DNA of 64,000 bases from Fonticula alba ATCC 38817 (lineage: Eukaryota > Protista > Nucleariida): assembly GCA_000388065.2 (NCBI GenBank), contig KB932201.1. One strand, written 5' to 3'. The notes beneath the pieces are model-generated. The model had not been told where the DNA came from, did not search any database, and saw only the letters and a list, made by a program, of their open reading frames with translations. The position numbers and the translations under genes were made by a program. Shown piece by piece: positions 48,701-58,967 of the stretch; the first letter of the stretch is position 1, and the number at the start of each line of letters is the position of its first letter.

Positions 48701-50600
48701 GGGAGGAGGAAGAGGCGGAGGAGGGATCCGAGAGGGGGCCCAATCCGGCGGTCGCACCGGCCATAAAGGCCGCCAGCTGCACGACGCTATGCGAGCGGGA
48801 CTCCTCCAGAGCCTGGAGGTCGAAGTTGGAAATGTCATCCGGAGCCAGGACATCCGGAACGAAAGGCGGAGCCATGGTGCGAAGCTGGTCCCACGGGATG
48901 CCAGCAAACCAGGGATGTGCCCGAACGGCGGCCGCGCCGCCGGCCACACCAAGACGCTCGCCGTAGGTGGACAGCAAGCTTCGAATGAAGTCCCGGCATT
49001 CGGCGCTGATGAGGCGTTCCTTCGGGAAGATCACATGCTCGGTGAAGCGCTCCAGCTTCTGGTAGGTGTTCAGCAGGGGCTGGTCGGCCGGGGTATCGTC
49101 GTCGATGAAATCCTCATCCGGATAGAAGGGGGTCCAGCCGATGAGCAATTCGTAGGCCAACACACCGAGCGACCACCAGTCGGACCCCTGACCATAGCCA
49201 ACAACGGAGGACGTGGCACCGGCGCCGGTGGACGCGGCGGCAGGGCCCGGCCGACTGGTGCCCGGCTGCGAAGAAAACAGCAGCCCCAGGGCCTCGGGCG
49301 GGAGATACTCCCCGGAGCCGACGACTTGCACGTCGGACCGGCAGGGCAGAGGTGCGGCCGGGGTGGGCACCGGTGCGACCATGCTGCTGGATGAGCCGGC
49401 CCGCTGGTGGAAGACGGCCGGCCGATAGCCGGCATTGCTGGCGGCCGGGATGGACACGCCAAAGTCCGCCAGGCGGACGTGGCCATCCGCATCGATGAGC
49501 ACATTGTCCGGGCGCAAGTCGCGATGGATGAAGCCCGCCTCATGCAGAGCCTCCAGGGCGACAACCAGCTGCGCAATGTAGAAGCGCACTGCCTGCTCAT
49601 CGAGATTGGTCGGGATGCGTCGCTGCAGGGCGGCCAAATCACCACCCGGGTAGTAGTCCATCAGCAGGAAAAGGTGCGCCGCATCCTGGAAGGCCGCATG
49701 GTAGCGAGTGACAAAGTGCCCGGTGGCGGCGGCATGCGAGGAGCCCAACGTCTGGAGGATTTGGCGCTCCTCGAAGAACATGGCACGCTTTGTGCGGGCG
49801 ACACGCCGAAAGGGCACGGTGGAGGGAGAGGATCAGCAAGACGCCCGGAGGGCAGGTGGATGAAGTCCCCTGGGCGGGGGGGGGGGGGGGGGAAGCCAAT
49901 GAGGCAGGGGGGAAAAAGCCCCCAAAGGTCACACGCACCCCATGCCGCCGGAGGAGTTCATTTTTGCTCAGGACCTTGAGAGCATAAAGGCGGTTATCCA
50001 CGCGCGATCGAACCAGCAGGACTTCGCCACAGGAGCCGCGACCAATGACCGCGAGGAACATGTATGACTCCAGCCGGAGCGGGGCCAACTGCTCATGGAG
50101 CTCGTCGACCGCCGGGCGGACTGGGGAGGCCAGGCGGCGGAGAGGTGGTCAGGGTCCAGTGCCGGCATTGCGGCCGAGGGGGCGGGCAAGTTGCAGGGAG
50201 GAGGGGAAAGGTGCGCACAGGTGTCCACAAAGCGAGCAATCTGGCTGTCACCCATGAGCTGGGGATTGGAGCAGGATTCGTAGAGCGAGAGGAACCCGTC
50301 CACTAGGACCGAGAGGTTGATTGGCTGGTCGGTGGCAGGAATGGTTGGTCCAGCCCGGCCGGCTGGCCGACCTCCTCCTCGGGCGCCATTGGGCGCGCCA
50401 TCGGCCGGCGAGAGGATCGACCGGGCAAGCAGAGACGAGCCGAAGGCATGAAGCTTCGACTCGAAGCGATCCGTTCCGGAGACATCCATCATGGTGAAGT
50501 TCAAGCTCAGGGAGGGCAGGTTGCCAGCGCGGGCAGCCCGGGAAGCTGAGGAGGCCGGTGGAACCGCACCCCCAGCGCCGGGCTGGGCCGTACCAGCCAT
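45711..50600 (-). CDS. DMPK/ROCK/MRCK-family AGC kinase with long coiled coil; 3 exons (50600-50219, 50120-49939, 49787-45711)
   Basis: N-terminal capped-helix motif LVDGFLSLYESC...IARFVDTF, VIGRGSCGEV, YALKVL, FFEERQIL, MDYYPGGDL, HRDLRPDNVLID, ADFG, YG..DWWSLGV, DDISNFD, hydrophobic motif QLAFVGFT (ROCK: QLPFVGFT), then several hundred residues of heptad-rich coiled coil. Confidence 0.88.
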
Positions 50601-51878
50601 GAAGAGGGGGAGATTTGAGCGGGGAGGGGAGGAGCCAACGCTATGGATGGGGGTGGATGGGTGAGAGGAGAAGGGGTGGGTGGCTTGATGGACACGGCCG
50701 GAGGAAGCTCACAGAGAAAGGGAGGTGGGAAGGGCAGAAATGGCAGGGGAAGGCGTGGAGCCGGGGGCGGGGAGCGTGGAAGAAGGAGAGGCGGGGCAAG
50801 GCGAAGAGATGGGGCTGGAAGGTGGAGGGCGGGGCAGTACTGTGTGNNNNNNNNNNNNNNNNNNNNNNNNNNNNNNNNNNNNNNNNNNNNNNNNNNNNNN
50901 NNNNNNNNNNNNNNNNNNNNNNNNNNNNNNNNNNNNNNNNNNNNNNNNNNNNNNNNNNNNNNNNNNNNNNNNNNNNNNNNNNNNNNNNNNNNNNNNNNNN
51001 NNNNNNNNNNNNNNNNNNNNNNNNNNNNNNNNNNNNNNNNNNNNNNNNNCCCCCCCCCCCCCCGTCCGACCGACCGACCGCCCCCAACAGAGGCGGTGGC
51101 GGCGCCAACATGGTCCAAGCGCGCGACTGGATATAGGCCAGGCACATTCCGCTTGGATGGTCGCGTTAGTCTCCAGATCCACTGCTCTTGCCGCCCGGTG
51201 GACGGAAAGCCAGCGTTTAAGGCTCAAGACGGGGGCGGCTGGGCGCCGCCAACCGAAGCTGTCTTTCGGGATCATGCCAATGCTCCTGCCCCTGGGCTCA
51301 GGATCTCGGCGCAGGACAGCTCCCCTATCTCGGTAGTCATACACGACCAGAGACCGACTGGTGGAATGCCCCCCCGCTCGCTCGCTCGCTCGCTCGATAC
51401 CCAGTCGCGGCAGGTGGCAGTGTGCCCCGGAGCCTCGCAGCGATGGCATTTCTGCAGCGGGAGGGGGCCATATCCCGGGGCAGGCAAGCGGTGTGGGCGG
51501 TTCTCTTGGGCTTTCGCGGCTTTCGGGGGACACCAGAACGCCAGACGGGACCCGTGATCAGAGCGCATTTCGGAATGGCTCTGAAAGAGTGGAACGCCCC
51601 CATGTCACAACGCACTCGGCTCCATCGGGGGGCGCCGCCACGCCGCACTTTAGTCAAGGGGTCCCCGCTGGCGTGCCCGGCTCCTCGCCTGGGTGGGGGG
51701 TGTTTACACCTGCATGTATTTTTTTTTTATAGTGAAGAGACCCAAGAAAACAGCCACCCACATGTGCATGTGTGCGTGTGTGCACAGCACGGCACATATC
51801 ACAACAAACGCTCGCGCACTATCGGAAAAGGAAGGGAGGGAGAGAGAGAGAGAGGAGGAAAGACGGCAGACAAGGAAT

Positions 51879-53361
51879 TCACCGGCTGCGACTACGGCTG
51901 GTGGATCGCCTGTCTGTCCCACGACCGAAGGGACTGCGACTGCGGCTTCGGCTACGGCTGTAGTTGCGCTGCCTATGCCGGTCGCCAGGGCGATGGGGAC
52001 TACGACTGCGCTCGCGCCGATCATATCGATCGGGCCGATTGTCGTCCCTGCTCCCCCGAGCATTCCAGCCAGGGGGGTCACGACTGCGACTGCGACTGCG
52101 GCTTCGGTCGCGCCGACTGCGGCCACGATCCCAGCTACGGCTGCGGCTTCGGTCGCGCCGACTCCGGCCGCGGTCCCGGCTCCGGCTGCGACTGCGGTCG
52201 CGTCGACTCCGGCCACGGTCCCGGCTGCGGCTGCGGCTGCGGCTACGACTCCGGCCGCGGTCGCCAGACTGCCGATCGTCCCGGGGAAGCGGCTTGAACA
52301 GGCGCGAGCGGCCGGATCCCGAGCGCTCCGAATTTCGGTCATCAGAGCCCGGGCGCCGGGCTGGTGGCGAGGCATCCCGTCGTCTGTCGACGTCGTCGCC
52401 CTGGGCAAGAGCGCCAGCTCCGGTGGCAGAGGCCCGCTCAGCCTCCTCCTCCTCCTCGCCGTAAAGAGGATAGTCCCGAGGGCGAAGGGTGCCGGCGGCC
52501 TCGAGCACGTGGCGCTGCACCAGGGTGGGCATTGGAACGCCCAAGACATGGGTCTCCGTGAGCAGCTCATCCACGAAGGAGTCCAGGAAGCTGAGGTAAA
52601 ACTCGCCTTGATGCAGAGGCGGAGGGGGGGGGGGGGGGGGGAAAAAGAGGAGGGGGCAGGGAATGGCCTGGCCATGGAAGAGAAGACACTGGCTTGTGCA
52701 TGAGGCGCACCCTCCTGGTTCCGCATGCGTAGCTTGCGCAAGTCGATCAGCAGCGGCTCCAGATAGTTGTAGATGTCGGCCGAGGGGGCAATCAGGCGGA
52801 AGACAAAGGCCTTCGCGGTGTGGGAGCAAGGGAGCAAGGGCACAGGGAAGGAAAGGGGGGTATGTGAGGATGGGCATGTCATGATGGGAGGAGAGCCGAG
52901 GAGATGGGCAAGGGAGGAGGGAGGGACCGGCAACAGGGCGTACCCCCAAGGCACGAAGGTACTTGAAGTGCGTCTGGTCGATGAATGCGATGAGGGTCTC
53001 GCGATTGGGTGACCGGAGCAGCTTCAGTGCGAGGCAGATAAAGGGAGTGGCGGTATTGGTGTGGCCATAGGTCCCACCAATGTGTGTGATCTCGGCGGCC
53101 TATGGCGAGGGTCGAATGGAGGAGGCTGGGTCAGGATAGGTCCACAGGCGCGAGGGTGGGAAGAGGGAGAGGAAAGGAAAGAAAGGAGGATAGGCGCACC
53201 CGATCAACAACATCGGCATCGTTCAGGCCGAAACAGCGTTCCTTCCAATAGAGAGAGTTGAAGATGCGCTCGCGCATAATCTTGGGAATGAGGTTCATCG
53301 GATTGGTGCCATGGTAGCTCTTTTGGGAGAGGTCCATGCGATCGGCACGGATGTACACCAT
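51879..53361 (-). CDS. PRP38: Pre-mRNA splicing factor PRP38 (PRPF38A-like) with C-terminal RS domain; 4 exons
   Basis: HGTNPMNLIPKIMRERIFNSLYWKERCFGL; IGGTYG...TPFICLALKLL; FKYLRALGAFVFRL; IYNYLEPLLIDLRKLR; then an Arg/Ser dipeptide tail. The start could be 53337. Confidence 0.93.
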
Positions 53362-55513
53362 GATCTACTTTCTGAGGGGTCGACCGAAGTCGTCAGTGGC
53401 TGACCGCGGGGGCGAGGGCCAAGGCTCGAGGGAGGGAGGGAGGGAGGGAGGGACACAGGGAGGTTGTGGAGGAAGGAGGGAAGGGCAGGCGCGCGAAGGC
53501 GCACAAGCGACAAAGAGCAGCAGCGGAAGGAGAGGGGAAGATAGATATGGAGAGAGGGGGGAGGCAAGAAGGAAAGGGACCAAAGAGGGGGAGGGGCAAT
53601 GCCTTGGGGTGGTGAAGACACCAGGCAGAGGGAGCAGGCTACGAGAAAAAGCCGCAATTGTGAGTCTGTGCGCCTGTACGCCTGTGTGTGCGTGCGTGTG
53701 TATTGGGATTGACCACCCCGCGCGCTGACCTGCCCCCCCCAGGGCGTGGGCAGCCCATTGCGAGAAGGAGCCGGGAACGGAGCCACCCCGCTGCGGAGCC
53801 GCGGAGCTCCCCGCGAGTCACATGCTAAAGGTATCACGCCGAGATGTCCCAATCATTAAATACCACACGGGACAGTTTACATTTGAATATTCATTTAAGC
53901 CCAATGGTGTTCAAGGCGCTGATCGGGGTAACCGGGACCATTCCATGCCCCGTTTTCACGACTATTTCGATGGTGTGCACGCAAAAGGGGGGATCGAATG
54001 CGCCACCGTACCCGGGGGGGGGGGGGGGGGGGGNNNNNNNNNNNNNNNNNNNNNNNNNNNNNNNNNNNNNNNNNNNNNNNNNNNNNNNNNNNNNNNNNNN
54101 NNNNNNNNNNNNNNNNNNNNNNNNNNNNNNNNNNNNNNNNNNNNNNNNNNNNNNNNNNNNNNNNNNNNNNNNNNNNNNNNNNNNNNNNNNNNNNNNNNNN
54201 NNNNNNNNNNNNNNNNNNNNNNNNNNNNNNNCCCCCCCCCGGGCCCCATCCTCTGTCGCACTCCTTCGGAAGTTCACAACGTATTTGTTGTTGTTGTTGT
54301 TGGTGGTGATGGTGGTGTTGTTATTGTTATTGTTGTTGTGGCTTGCTCCGAGGCAGTAAAAGGGGCTGTGTGTGTGGTGTGTGGGTGTGCAGGGTGGGGG
54401 CTTGCTGGCCGGGGGGGGGGGGGGGGGGGGGATCTTTTTACCCTGTTACCTGCGAAATATATCCCATGGAGCTTTTCTCCCTTTTGCGCTGTTCTGGCAA
54501 GCTCCAGACTCCGTTCCCGACCGGCCGGATGCCATGTGGTCTTGAAGGTGTTACTTGAGGCTCTGCCCTCCTCCGGGCTTCCTCCCCTTCCGCTGGTCGC
54601 CTCTTGACCAGGCCCCCCCTCGGCCGCCTCCCCTGCAGGACCATGATCCGCCGCCCGCTGGGCCACTTGGAAGAGGCTGATGCGCTGGGAGGCGTGATCC
54701 GGTACAAAGAGGGCTCTCTTTGAGCGGGTTATTGGGTGTTTTATTGGGGTTTTTTTTTCGCAAGTGATGGCACAAGTGCGTCGGCCTCCTGTGAGGGCTC
54801 TCTGGATGTGTCAAGGTGTGTTTGTCTGTGTGGGTGCGTGTGGGAGTGCGCGCATATCCGTGCCCGCCTGTTTGATTGCCGAAGATGGTCGAAGCAGGCG
54901 GGAAGAGGGGAAAAGGAAAGAGACAGAGGGAGGGATAGAGGGAGAGGGAAAATTGGGGCAGGGGGAGCACGATCTGCGCGCTTTCATGGAGCATCATATC
55001 AAGGCCATGATGTATGGACAGGAGCGCACACTGCTGTCCAAAAGCCCCCATCAAGGACATCCTCAATGCGCACATGCTGACATGTGTGTAGATAAACAGG
55101 CAGACACACATGTTTGCACATGTGTAAGCGATGTGCGAGCCAGCGCGCACACGCAAATGCGCGCGCACACACGCACACACGCACCCACAAAGACAGAGAC
55201 AAAGACAAAGACAGAAGGACGGACACACGTGTAAAGGGAAATTCACGGACGCACGCATAAGCGCATACATCAGCAAGCACATGTGCTGACATACAGGCGG
55301 AGCCGGACAATAGACGTGGAGATGTTCACGCACGGACGCACATACACACGCTTGCAAGAGCACATGAATGTACACATTCACATCCATGCGCGGACACACG
55401 CATACAAGCATGCATCAATGCACATGCATGCGCATGGAGATGGGAATGCATGCGCAGAGCATGTTCCCACGGACACATGGGTGCATTTGCAAAAGCGCCT
55501 GTATCGGTGGTGC

Positions 55514-57876
55514 TCAACGCTGTGAGAAGCGCCGGCCAGGAAGGGAGGCCAAGGACTCATGATACTCTCCAAGAGAGGGATGATGTGAAGAGGTGCGCAC
55601 TTCGCCGGCGGACAGCAAAACCTGGCCGGCATCTGACGAGAAGGACATGCGTTGCTGCGGCTGCGGCTGCGGCTGCTGCTGCGGGGGTGGCGGTTGCGAT
55701 TGCGCTTGCGTTTGGGCGGGGGAGCTTCCCAGCTCCGGACCATAGCCGACTGCCGAGGCCGCACCACGGAACCGGTCTGCATGGATTGGGTCAAGGGAGA
55801 AGGCCATGTGTGGAGGCCCGCCATTGGGGGCACCCTGGGGGGAGGTTGCGCCGCCGGGTGTCCGATCAAACACGTCGCATGGCAGGCCGGCGTGCATCGG
55901 TGAGGCCAGAGGCGACCCAACGCCGACCGAAGGGGGGACCAATGATTGGGTGGGAGACTGCATCATATGCATGTGAAGATGAGTGGTGCTTGAGGGGGAG
56001 GGCGGGATTGACTGAGGTTGGGAGGAGGGGACCGACTGGGGGGGCGGATACTGACGCGGGCCCGGCTGCGAAGTGACCTGGAAGTCGCCGATGTCCGGCA
56101 TCGAGCGCGAGGAGACTATTTGCGATTGGCGGCGAAGGTCACCGGCCGGGTCACTGACAAAGTACCCTGCACCCTGGGGAACATGTTGCAGTGTCTGGGG
56201 CTGGGCCTGTTGCTGGGAGGGAAGGGAAGCAAGCACGCCAGGTTGCAGATGCTCCAAGGCCAGGGGCAGGCTGCCGGCAGGCAGGGGCGCGACAGTCGCG
56301 CCCGTCGAGGGTAGGGACGGAGTTGGGGGAGGCAGCCCGGTGGATGATGCCAGAAGCGAGGCCATCGGGTGCTGTTGAAGCAGAAGCGATCGGTCGCCAA
56401 TACCCAGGGAGGTATTTGATGGACGACCGGCCCCATTCTCGGAGGCAGCAGGCAGATTGGCCTTCGGGGCAATGATTGGCTCAGGCATGTTGAATGGTCG
56501 ACCTGTTGCGATGGCCCGGTGGGCTGCATCTGTTTTTTGTTGCTGTTGCTGCTGTTGCTGCTGCTGTTGCTGCTGTTGCTGCTGTTGCGGAGAGGGATGA
56601 TGTCCCAGGAGCTGGCTATTCAGGAAGGATTGTAGCACAGGAGGATCCCGGAGAGTATGGATGTGGCGGAGATCTGTTTCACATGGGGCGGCGGAGGCCA
56701 TGTGCAGGTTTTTTTTTTTTTGGACAGCACAAAGGCAAGGAGGGCAGCGGAAGGAGGCAGAGTAGCGGGAGGAGCAGACAGCGAGAAGGTAAGGTGAGAT
56801 GGGGGCGGATATGGGAAGGGGCCAGGGCAAATAGGGGGGGGGGGGAGAGGAGGGCAAAAGGAGGGGCCTGAATCAAAGAAGGGAGAGGGGAGGATGAACA
56901 GGAGCAAAGGCAAGCAGCCAAAAGAGAAGACGGAAGGAGCGGCTGGGCGAAGAGGGAACCCAAAAGCGAGGAAGCGCAGGCCAGAGACAGGGCGCGGGAG
57001 GGCAAAAGGAAGCAGACAATGGCAAGGAGGAGGGCCACGAGGAGCAAGGGAAGCAGGCAACATACCGGAGGGGCTGACAGCCGGCGCATGGGCGAGATCT
57101 GCCGCTGATGCAAGGGACACAGCGGCCTCATGCCGCTCACGCGCGATGAGCAGCTCCCGCAAGTACTCCACCTCAGCCTGAAGAGTCTTCACCCGAGCAT
57201 CTAGGGCTTCGGCCTTGGCCCCGGCCTCGCGGGCCACCTTTTCCAACTTCTGTTCGCGTTGCTTCTTCTTGGCCCGGAAGCGAGCGGACGCTTCGCTATT
57301 GCGTTTGCGCTTTTCCTCCTCCGGGCACAAGTGTGCCGGGCCCAGGGAAAGGGGGCCCGCCGGGGAGGCAAGCCGCGACCCGGAAGAAGGGGAGGGGGGA
57401 TTCATGGGGGAGGGATCGGCAGAGGGCTCGGTCTTGACCAGGCTGCTGCCATCGGAATCTTGTGATGATGGGAGGGAGGGGGAAGCCCTGCGGAGGCGTC
57501 GGATCCGAGAGGTGGAAGTGGAGGAAGTGGAGGAAGTGGAGGAGGCAGTCCCGAAGGCCGGAGTTTGCAGCAAAGAGTCGCTGAGATCCGGCGAAGAGGG
57601 CTGATCGTCGGAGTCCTCGGTCATCTCGGGGTTGGCACCACCAACCCCAGCCTGGTGTGGCTTCACCAGGGTACCAAAAAAGAGATTGGCCTTGTGGTCC
57701 AGGGGGGTGTTGGGGATGGCGGGGAGGGATGGCTGGGCGGCCGGAGGCGGGGAGGATGCAACACAAGAGTTGCGCGCGGGGTGGGGCGAGTCACGAGCGA
57801 GCTGGTCGTCGTGGTTGTCGATGGGCATCTGTGTACGAGGGGAACCGGTGTGGGTATTTGACGGTGGGCGGCCCAT
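55514..57876 (-). CDS. bZIP transcription factor, MetR/Cys-3/Zip1-like basic region, with Gln/Pro-rich C-terminal extension; gene limits uncertain
   Basis: EEKRKRNSEASARFRAKKKQREQKLE...LDARVKTLQAEVEYLRELL. A phase-1 intron (57065-56674, GTATGT...CAG) joins to the poly-Q exon. The 5' end may extend into gap 58162-58967, and further 3' exons near 54450-54685 and 53890-53960 are possible. Confidence 0.75.
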
Positions 57877-58161
57877 GCCCGAGGTGGTCGGGAGGGGGTG
57901 GGCAGGCGACGCGAGAGACGAGCGGGACGCAAGGACAACACCGGCGAGAGCGCGCAGAGAGGGGAATGCGGTGGGCGAATGGGGACGGCGCCAGGTGCCG
58001 GCAGGCGAGGATCCGATCCTCCTTGCGAGCGGCAGGAAATGCAGGGAGGGGGGGGGAGGGAGAAGAGGGTACAGAAAGGGAGCTGCAGGCGTGGGATTGT
58101 CGAGCAGGGGTGGGTGTATGGTAATCACGCCAGCCGGCTGCTCAAAAGAGAAGAGAGAGAG

Positions 58162-58967
58162 NNNNNNNNNNNNNNNNNNNNNNNNNNNNNNNNNNNNNNN
58201 NNNNNNNNNNNNNNNNNNNNNNNNNNNNNNNNNNNNNNNNNNNNNNNNNNNNNNNNNNNNNNNNNNNNNNNNNNNNNNNNNNNNNNNNNNNNNNNNNNNN
58301 NNNNNNNNNNNNNNNNNNNNNNNNNNNNNNNNNNNNNNNNNNNNNNNNNNNNNNNNNNNNNNNNNNNNNNNNNNNNNNNNNNNNNNNNNNNNNNNNNNNN
58401 NNNNNNNNNNNNNNNNNNNNNNNNNNNNNNNNNNNNNNNNNNNNNNNNNNNNNNNNNNNNNNNNNNNNNNNNNNNNNNNNNNNNNNNNNNNNNNNNNNNN
58501 NNNNNNNNNNNNNNNNNNNNNNNNNNNNNNNNNNNNNNNNNNNNNNNNNNNNNNNNNNNNNNNNNNNNNNNNNNNNNNNNNNNNNNNNNNNNNNNNNNNN
58601 NNNNNNNNNNNNNNNNNNNNNNNNNNNNNNNNNNNNNNNNNNNNNNNNNNNNNNNNNNNNNNNNNNNNNNNNNNNNNNNNNNNNNNNNNNNNNNNNNNNN
58701 NNNNNNNNNNNNNNNNNNNNNNNNNNNNNNNNNNNNNNNNNNNNNNNNNNNNNNNNNNNNNNNNNNNNNNNNNNNNNNNNNNNNNNNNNNNNNNNNNNNN
58801 NNNNNNNNNNNNNNNNNNNNNNNNNNNNNNNNNNNNNNNNNNNNNNNNNNNNNNNNNNNNNNNNNNNNNNNNNNNNNNNNNNNNNNNNNNNNNNNNNNNN
58901 NNNNNNNNNNNNNNNNNNNNNNNNNNNNNNNNNNNNNNNNNNNNNNNNNNNNNNNNNNNNNNNNNCT
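58162..58967. other. Largest of 13 assembly gaps (others near 233, 1079, 5162, 10823, 17541, 20049, 22275, 23352, 34456, 43511, 50827, 54034)
   Basis: Runs of N. Most are bounded by poly-C/poly-G tracts; this one is bounded by (GA)n/(CT)n. Confidence 0.99.
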
